Assembly (NCBI GenBank): GCA_030526925.1
Contig: JAUNBU010000001.1
Location: forward strand, 1-40,966
DNA length: 40,966 bases
Direction: 5' to 3'
Origin: Bacillota bacterium
GTDB lineage: Bacteria; Bacillota; Clostridia; Peptostreptococcales; Anaerovoracaceae
In this document: in pieces, positions 35,519-40,966 of the stretch
Layout: each line of letters starts with the position of its first letter
Position numbering within the stretch: the first letter of the stretch is position 1
The notes under the pieces: model-generated
Seen by the model: only the letters and a program-made list of their open reading frames with translations
Databases searched by the model: none
Told to the model about the DNA's origin: nothing
Made by a program: the position numbers and the translations under genes

Positions 35519-38500
35519 ATGAAACAGAGCCGATTTGAACCGGATCAAAATTTCATAGATTTTTATAAAAGGTCTTTCGAGGATGCGCCTTATGCCATGG
35601 TGCTGATCCAAATGATCTTTGAAGGTGAGAAGGCTGTGGATTACCTGTACATCTACGCCAATCCTGCATGTGCGGATGTGCTGGATCTGCCGTGCCGGGA
35701 CTTCATCGGCATGAAATACAGTGAGTGTTTCCCGGGATCAACGGATCAGAACATCGAGCTTTACAGCAGAGCCGTTAAAGAAAATGAATCGGGGAAGCGT
35801 TCTGTTTTCAGCCTGGAGATAGACAGGTACATAGACATTGCATACTCTAAAGTGGGAGAAGATATGTGCATGGTTATGGCATATCAGTCAGTTTACGGCG
35901 CCAGTGATGCCGAACAGACTCTGGCAGCTTCCATGAGCGCTTTTGATATGATCATTTCAGTCAATCTGACTAAGAACCAGTATCACATGATAAATTACCA
36001 CAACTTTCATAATACGAAGGCGAGGGAATACGGCAACTTCGACGAACTGATAAGGGTCGGATTGAGCACAGTTCCGGATAAGTGGAAAGGTCCTTTTAAC
36101 GATGCTTTCGCACGGGACAACCAGCTGGAAGCCTTCGCTAAAGGCGTCAAAACTATCGTGCTGGATCACCAGCAGTACTCCAATGACGGATCGCTGCACT
36201 GGGTACGTACCCAGGTGATTCGGATCGAGGATACATTGGGAAATGATGTTCTTCAGGTTACCACCGCCAAACTGATCGATGACCTGAAGGATGTGGAGCA
36301 ACAGCTTTTGCGTGAACGAAGGGCGGTTTACGACACGATTCCCGGCAGCGTGACCAGGTGCAGGATAGGTAATGAAAAGCTGTTCTTCCTGGAATGGGAC
36401 AATCAGCTGGAGGACATCATGGGGCTCACTTCAGAGGGGGAAAAGTCGCCTATGGATTCCGTTCTTGATGAGGATGTAGAGCACATCAGGTCGCTTATCC
36501 TGGAGAAGGGCAAAGCAGGACTTCCGATCAGCTTCCGTCACCGGATGATAGATAAGGAAGGTGACATCAGGTGGATACACAGCGAAGGACGCAAAGTCAG
36601 TGAAACCGATGGTATGTCGGACTATATTTTCGTCAGCTTCGACATTACAGGAGAAAAGGAAGCGACGGAGCAGCTTGACACGGAACGAAAGAGATACAAG
36701 GAGCTGCTGGATTCTATCAGCTGCGGCTATCTGGAGTATTATACCAACGATGACAATACCCTGACTTACAGGGAGTTTAATCAGGAGGCCTGTGTCATCA
36801 CAGGAAAACCGAAAGAACTTCTGTATCAGGAGAAGATCCCACGGGAGCTGTCGGAAATCGAAGAGGATTCCGTATACTGGAAGAGTATTTTGAAGCAGGC
36901 GGAAGAAAACCTCGGTAAACGTATCGACTATATCTGTAGGATCAGAAACGGGGTAAGCGGCGCCAAATATATATGGGTCGCAGGGTATGTAACGTGTTTG
37001 AGAGATGAAGACGGCAGGCTTTATATTCAGGACGTGTTCATGAATGTGGATGCCCAGAGAAAATATGAGATGGAGCTGGTCGTTAAAAATGAGGCATTGC
37101 GTATCGCCCTGTCAAAAATGGAAACCACATATTTCTATTACTATCCTAAGGAAGACAGGCTTCTAATGGGCGATAATTCCTATGAAATCGAAGGAATATG
37201 GGAATCGGGCCATGAAAGACCTGAGGAATGGGTGGATACCTTCGTTGCGGAGGAGTTTCGCCCTAAGGCAAAGGAAGCCTTCGAAAGGGTCAAGACCGGG
37301 GAAGAAAACCTGAGCTTTGATTTTCGTCTGGCTGACAGGGACAGATGGGTCAAAACCGATATGGCAGTGATCGAGTGGGATGAATTGGGTATGCCTTCCC
37401 TTGTCATCGGTTTTTCCGATGACATTACGGAGGAGAAAAACAGAGATGCGGAGACTCAGGAAACGCTGGCGGGAATCAGCAACAGCTTTGATTATATCCA
37501 CCGTGTGCATATTCCGTCCATGACGGTCACGGCGATCAAGCAGACCAGAAGCCTGGAAGAGACTATGAACAGGCAGGGAACCATAGGAAGCGTGGTGAAA
37601 AAAATCGTCACTACCTACATTCCTGAGGAAGACAAGGAAATCTATCAAAACTTTATGAATTACAAGCGTATCGCCAAGGCGCTCAACTGGGATCATACCA
37701 CGGAGACCCTCGACATCAAGATGATGATACAGGGAGAGGAGCGTTGGGTGCGCATCAATGTGATTCTGGCATCCATGAAGAATCAAGAGGTCGAATCTTA
37801 TATAGTGGCGCTGAGGGATATCACAGAAGAAAAGGAAGCGGAATTTGCGGCACAGCAGACTACAAGAGAGCGAAATCAGCTGATCTACGCCATCAGCGTT
37901 ATCTTCCAGTCCATGTTTATCATAGATTTGAAGAATGGGCAGTACCGGACCATCAAGAAATTCAATACCCAGGAGGACGCCATTGGCATGGAAGGGGCAT
38001 TTATAGATATAATAAATGCCTATTCCCTGTATATGGAGGAGGAGCATGCCGACCTCTTCAAGGATACATTCCGGCTGGATCACATCGTAGAAAGCGTCTC
38101 CGAGGACAAACCGATACTGGCGATCGAGCTCCCTCTGGAATTCGAAGGGAGGCAGTACTGGCTCAGGTACAATGCCGTGCTGACATCTACCGAAGATGGG
38201 CAGTCCAAGACCATAGCTTTCACCACGCTGAACGTTACGCCGGAGAGGGAGAAGGAAGCGCGCCATCAGGAAGCGCTGCAGATAGCCTTTGAGGCAGCGC
38301 AGAAAGCCAATAACGCCAAGAGCGAATTTCTTTCCAGGGTCAGCCATGATATACGCACACCGATGAATGTGATCATGGGAATGACGGCCATCGCCAAGGG
38401 ACAGACAGGTGATGAGGAACGGATCGCCGATTGTCTGGAAAAAATCGATTTATCCTCCAGACACTTGCTGGAATTGATAAACGAGATACTGGATATGTCC

Positions 38501-39487
38501 AGGATCGAAGCCGGACATCTGAAGCCGACGGACGAGTCCTTTGACCTTTCCGATACCATCGGAGAGATCCTTACCATGTTCAGACCACTGACATCCAACA
38601 AAGGACAGACCCTGAATGTGGAGATAGGTGCATTAAAGCATAGCGCCGTCACAGGGGACGAGAAGCTTGTAAAGCAGGCGCTGATAAACTTTATGAGCAA
38701 TGCGGTCAAATATACGCCACAGGAAGGCAATATACGGTTCGCAGTATCGGAGAAATCATCGGATCGTTTGGGGTTCTCACGGTATGAATTCGTATTCGAA
38801 GATGATGGGCTTGGTATGAGACCGGAGTTTGTGGAGCACATTTTTGAGCCGTTTTCAAGGGAAGAGGACAGCAGAACCAGCAAGATACAGGGCACAGGTC
38901 TGGGTATGACCATAGCCTACAACATCATTAAGATGATGGACGGGAATATCGAGGTGGAAAGTGCTCCGGGCAAGGGCTCTAAATTTACCGTGACCTTCTA
39001 TCTGGCAAGACAGGAAGAAGGCGGCGCAGCAACGGATACCCAGGGTAAAAGCTACGATAGGGATCTTGAAAACAAGGTGGCGGATCTTAGGGAGGACAAT
39101 TACGGAGGCAAGAAATTCCTCCTTGCGGAAGACAATCTCCTCAACAGGGAGATCATCAGCGAACTTCTGTCAGCCACGGGCGCTCAGGTCGATACGGTCG
39201 AAAACGGTCAGGATGCCCTGGAGCTGTTTAAGGAGATGGGAGAAGGATATTACGATCTGGTTGTCCTGGATATCCAGATGCCGGTCATGGATGGATACAA
39301 AGCAGCTGCTGCTATCAGAAGCCTTGAAGGCAGAGGTGATGCGGCAACCGTTCCTATTTTCGCCATGACAGCCAACGCCTTTGCCGATGATATCAAGCAG
39401 GCAAAAGAGGCAGGTATGAACGAACATATCGCTAAACCACTGGACATCAAGAGAATGCGTGACGCCATGCGAAAATGGCTGAAATAA
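35519..39487 (+). CDS. Cytoplasmic multi-PAS hybrid histidine kinase
   Basis: No evident TM segment; repeated PAS/PAC-like ends (HWVR, RWIH..G...DITG, RWVK...DDITE, RWVR...RDITE); SRVSHDIRTPMN, GTGLG and LDIQMP motifs. Confidence 0.9.
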   Translation: MKQSRFEPDQNFIDFYKRSFEDAPYAMVLIQMIFEGEKAVDYLYIYANPACADVLDLPCRDFIGMKYSECFPGSTDQNIELYSRAVKENESGKRSVFSLEIDRYIDIAYSKVGEDMCMVMAYQSVYGASDAEQTLAASMSAFDMIISVNLTKNQYHMINYHNFHNTKAREYGNFDELIRVGLSTVPDKWKGPFNDAFARDNQLEAFAKGVKTIVLDHQQYSNDGSLHWVRTQVIRIEDTLGNDVLQVTTAKLIDDLKDVEQQLLRERRAVYDTIPGSVTRCRIGNEKLFFLEWDNQLEDIMGLTSEGEKSPMDSVLDEDVEHIRSLILEKGKAGLPISFRHRMIDKEGDIRWIHSEGRKVSETDGMSDYIFVSFDITGEKEATEQLDTERKRYKELLDSISCGYLEYYTNDDNTLTYREFNQEACVITGKPKELLYQEKIPRELSEIEEDSVYWKSILKQAEENLGKRIDYICRIRNGVSGAKYIWVAGYVTCLRDEDGRLYIQDVFMNVDAQRKYEMELVVKNEALRIALSKMETTYFYYYPKEDRLLMGDNSYEIEGIWESGHERPEEWVDTFVAEEFRPKAKEAFERVKTGEENLSFDFRLADRDRWVKTDMAVIEWDELGMPSLVIGFSDDITEEKNRDAETQETLAGISNSFDYIHRVHIPSMTVTAIKQTRSLEETMNRQGTIGSVVKKIVTTYIPEEDKEIYQNFMNYKRIAKALNWDHTTETLDIKMMIQGEERWVRINVILASMKNQEVESYIVALRDITEEKEAEFAAQQTTRERNQLIYAISVIFQSMFIIDLKNGQYRTIKKFNTQEDAIGMEGAFIDIINAYSLYMEEEHADLFKDTFRLDHIVESVSEDKPILAIELPLEFEGRQYWLRYNAVLTSTEDGQSKTIAFTTLNVTPEREKEARHQEALQIAFEAAQKANNAKSEFLSRVSHDIRTPMNVIMGMTAIAKGQTGDEERIADCLEKIDLSSRHLLELINEILDMSRIEAGHLKPTDESFDLSDTIGEILTMFRPLTSNKGQTLNVEIGALKHSAVTGDEKLVKQALINFMSNAVKYTPQEGNIRFAVSEKSSDRLGFSRYEFVFEDDGLGMRPEFVEHIFEPFSREEDSRTSKIQGTGLGMTIAYNIIKMMDGNIEVESAPGKGSKFTVTFYLARQEEGGAATDTQGKSYDRDLENKVADLREDNYGGKKFLLAEDNLLNREIISELLSATGAQVDTVENGQDALELFKEMGEGYYDLVVLDIQMPVMDGYKAAAAIRSLEGRGDAATVPIFAMTANAFADDIKQAKEAGMNEHIAKPLDIKRMRDAMRKWLK

Positions 39488-39543
39488 AGGAGCGGCTAAG
39501 GACCGAAGCAGCGAAACCAAGTGAGGTCTGATGAAATCAAGAT

Positions 39544-39595
39544 AAAAAGCGTATAGCTGAATGGCTTTAAGAAGTCAAAAGGCTATGCGCTTTTT
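39544..39595 (+). terminator. Rho-independent terminator
   Basis: AAAAAGCGTATAGC...GCTATGCGCTTTTT. Confidence 0.7.
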
Positions 39596-39620
39596 AAGTG
39601 CCTTTGCGAGGAAAATTAAG

Positions 39621-39719
39621 AATATTGAAGGCAAATATCAATAAAATCAATAAAAATATTAAAAATATTAATTTATATATTGACAATATTGATGTCGTGG
39701 TTTATATTAATAACATCAA
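39621..39719 (+). promoter_or_regulatory. SigA promoter embedded in AT-rich repeated AATATTRA/TCAAT units
   Basis: TTGACA (39680)-17-TATATT (39703); several AATATTRA units; TTGATGT...ACATCAA flanks the -10. Confidence 0.65.
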
Positions 39720-39764
39720 GGCTGCGAAATCGTATCGTAAGGGTACGGGAAAGGAAGTGCCAAT

Positions 39765-40130
39765 ATGAAAAAAGTCATCAGTCAATGTCCTGTTTGCGGC
39801 GGAGCATTGAAAGTAACCAGGCTGAAATGCGAGGAATGTGATACGGTCATCGAAAACGATTTCGTTCTCAGCAAGTTCGACTATCTATCGGCAGAGGAGC
39901 TTTTCTTTACGGAGACTTTCATCCGATGCCGAGGCAATATCAAGGAAGTGGAAAAGGAACTGAAGATTTCCTATCCGACCGTTCGGTCGAAGCTGGACGT
40001 GGTCATCAAGAAGCTGGGTTACGAGGACGAGGCTAAGAAGGACGAGGAAATGATAAAGCGGGAGACGGTACTGAAGGCGCTGGAGCAGGGCGAAATCACC
40101 GCAGAGGAAGCCATACAGCAGTTAAAGTAG
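39765..40130 (+). CDS. DUF2089-family protein (Zn ribbon + HTH + SHOCT-like tail)
   Basis: CPVCG..L.VTRLKC..C.T.IE and F..FIRCRGNIKEVEKEL.ISYPTVR.KLD motifs. Confidence 0.9.
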   Translation: MKKVISQCPVCGGALKVTRLKCEECDTVIENDFVLSKFDYLSAEELFFTETFIRCRGNIKEVEKELKISYPTVRSKLDVVIKKLGYEDEAKKDEEMIKRETVLKALEQGEITAEEAIQQLK

Positions 40131-40217
40131 CAGTAAAAGTATTGATGCGAATCGCATAAAAAGTCCGGTGCTCCGGACAGAAATCAAGTTAGATGAGAAA
40201 AGAGAGGAGAAACAACA

Positions 40218-40604
40218 ATGGAAGAGAAGATGAGGATCCTGAAGATGATAGAGGAAGGGACCATTACGGCAGAAGAAGCAGCGGAGCTGATGAAAACCAT
40301 GGGGGTTGACGAAGAGGGACAGAAAGCTCTCAGCATCAGAAACGGTTATGATAAAAAGATGTTTCGCGTCATCGTGGACAGCGTGGAAGGTGATAAGGTC
40401 AACGTGCAGTTTCCTGTAGGAGCCATCAAGAAGATTTTGAAAGTAACGGGCAAGCTGCCGATCCCGGAAAAGGATCTGGAAGGCGTAGATCTGACGGAAA
40501 TGATGGACGCCATCGCAGAGTGTCTGGACGAAGAAATCGAAGGCGACTTCGTAAATGTTGAAGCAGCCGACGGGACTACGGTTCGTGTCTTTGTAGGTCA
40601 GTAG
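40218..40604 (+). CDS. DUF2089-associated protein with N-terminal SHOCT-like (YvlB/LiaX-N-like) segment
   Basis: EEKMRILKMIEEG.ITAEEA.EL; KVNVQFP; C-terminal V.VE..DG..V.V; SD GAGGAG. Confidence 0.8.
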   Translation: MEEKMRILKMIEEGTITAEEAAELMKTMGVDEEGQKALSIRNGYDKKMFRVIVDSVEGDKVNVQFPVGAIKKILKVTGKLPIPEKDLEGVDLTEMMDAIAECLDEEIEGDFVNVEAADGTTVRVFVGQ

Positions 40605-40633
40605 CTTTACGGCTGGAAATGAGGCGATAGACG

Positions 40634-40897
40634 ATGAAAATCAAAATCAGGACAAAGGGGTTCAGGCTTTCTATGCCGGTGCCCCTCAGGATGGCAGGCA
40701 TGATGGTCCGCATGATCCCCGACAAGCAGTTTGAGCAGATGCGGGAGGAAACGCCACCGCCCTATGATGCGCTCATGACCAAAGAGGTTTTCGTCATGCT
40801 GTGTCAGGAATGTCTGGATGTGCTGAGGGAATACAAAGGGCTGGAGATGGTTCACGTAGAAGCCAGCGACGGCACCTTCGTATCCATAAAGCTGTAG
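40634..40897 (+). CDS. Hypothetical protein resembling the C-terminal domain of the preceding gene
   Basis: SD GAGG; ends GLEMVHVEASDGTFVSIKL, similar to GDFVNVEAADGTTVRVFVG in the upstream protein. Confidence 0.75.
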   Translation: MKIKIRTKGFRLSMPVPLRMAGMMVRMIPDKQFEQMREETPPPYDALMTKEVFVMLCQECLDVLREYKGLEMVHVEASDGTFVSIKL

Positions 40898-40966
40898 TGT
40901 GGTTATCAATAAGGCATATACGGTAAAAGAAAACGATTTGCAGGGCTACTGCAAATCGTTTATTAA

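Noticed and set aside
717-38913. Long antisense or alternate-frame ORFs (e.g. 717-1508, 5925-6884, 8343-9317, 24331-25479, 37163-38347)
   Set aside because: They overlap well-supported genes, lack recognisable motifs, and are the expected shadow of codon bias.

Overview
Chromosomal window from a spore-forming anaerobic Firmicute (Clostridia-like; it carries cotJABC, hcp and Firmicutes-type LexA/SigA/SigK signals). I found no rRNA, tRNA, CRISPR array, integrase or transposase. From left to right: a decayed AlbA/RecG-C-type regulator, hcp, an HI0933 flavoprotein, ridA, HTH-Fic, ArsR plus a BioB-like radical SAM enzyme, cotJABC, a WYL regulator, an AT-rich LexA-boxed tcmP + DUF5131 islet, ylmH, an Mta/TipA regulator, an LCM-type methyltransferase, a TetM/EF-G-like GTPase fused to a YacP/Rae1 NYN nuclease, a membrane protein, an MFS transporter with a leader terminator, an acyl-CoA ligase, a solute-binding/5'-nucleotidase-C fusion lipoprotein plus hybrid kinase, a LysR-associated redox cluster (MerR, Fe-ADH, flavodoxin lipoprotein, two Fe-S aldo/keto reductases, DUF4405), a second solute-binding protein with two hybrid kinases, and a DUF2089 three-gene operon. 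The best candidates for undescribed systems are (1) the apparently SOS-controlled TcmP/DUF5131 pair beside a WYL sensor, (2) the GTPase-NYN fusion, and (3) a putative nucleotide-sensing lipoprotein/hybrid-kinase pair. All family calls come from motif recognition by eye; no database search was run.
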